DNA of 64,000 bases from Octopus vulgaris. Its lineage: Eukaryota. Below, piece after piece: positions 63,776 to 64,000 of this stretch. The stretch covers positions 90,644,001 to 90,708,000 of the forward strand of contig OX597823.1 in NCBI GenBank assembly GCA_951406725.2, read 5' to 3'. Under the pieces are notes generated by a model. That model was given only the letters and a program-made list of their open reading frames with translations. It did no database searches and was not told the origin of the DNA. The position numbers and the translations under genes were made by a program. The stretch's first letter is position 1. Every line of letters starts with the position of its first letter.

Positions 63776-63829
63776 TAAGATAAGGATCTTTTCCATCACA
63801 ATCACAGATTTTTAAATAAAACACCTGCT

Positions 63830-63930
63830 TCAATAATGATAATATTATTTCCCTAAATTCTTCCTTGTTTTCGAAATTAATTGAAAGAAAGATTGTGTAT
63901 GTCAGCAGAAATATGTAACAAAAGGGTTAA
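63830..63930 (-). mobile_element. Partial piggyBac-like MITE
   Basis: AGAAATATGTAACAAAAGGGTTAA end matches the other units. Confidence 0.6.
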
Positions 63931-64000
63931 GCAGATTTATGACCAAAAGGCATGCCAACCACGACCATCTCAACATTTAAAAAATTTAATTCCAGTAAAT

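Overview
Eukaryotic, AT-rich, extremely repeat-dense non-coding DNA. The microsatellite load and the tRNA-derived SINE families resemble an octopus/coleoid cephalopod genome (inference from recalled families, not verified). I can support no host protein-coding gene. The only long ORF is a near full-length RTE-clade LINE (about 37.2-41.3 kb) encoding an APE endonuclease and a reverse transcriptase. It has a +1 frameshift near 37772 and a C4HC3 PHD-type finger inserted inside the RT. The rest is nested transposon debris: many 5'-truncated RTE tails, about nine 3' fragments of restriction-like-endonuclease (R4/Dong-like) retroposons mostly sitting in (AAT)n arrays, three tRNA-derived SINE families, a decayed mariner and a mariner MITE, TTAA-flanked piggyBac-like MITE dimers, Tigger-like and Helentron-like elements, and fold-backs with degenerate minimal hammerhead-ribozyme cores. 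Almost all short ORFs in the track are microsatellite artefacts. SINE family labels A/B/C are mine, and boundaries of decayed repeats are approximate (about +/-20 bp).
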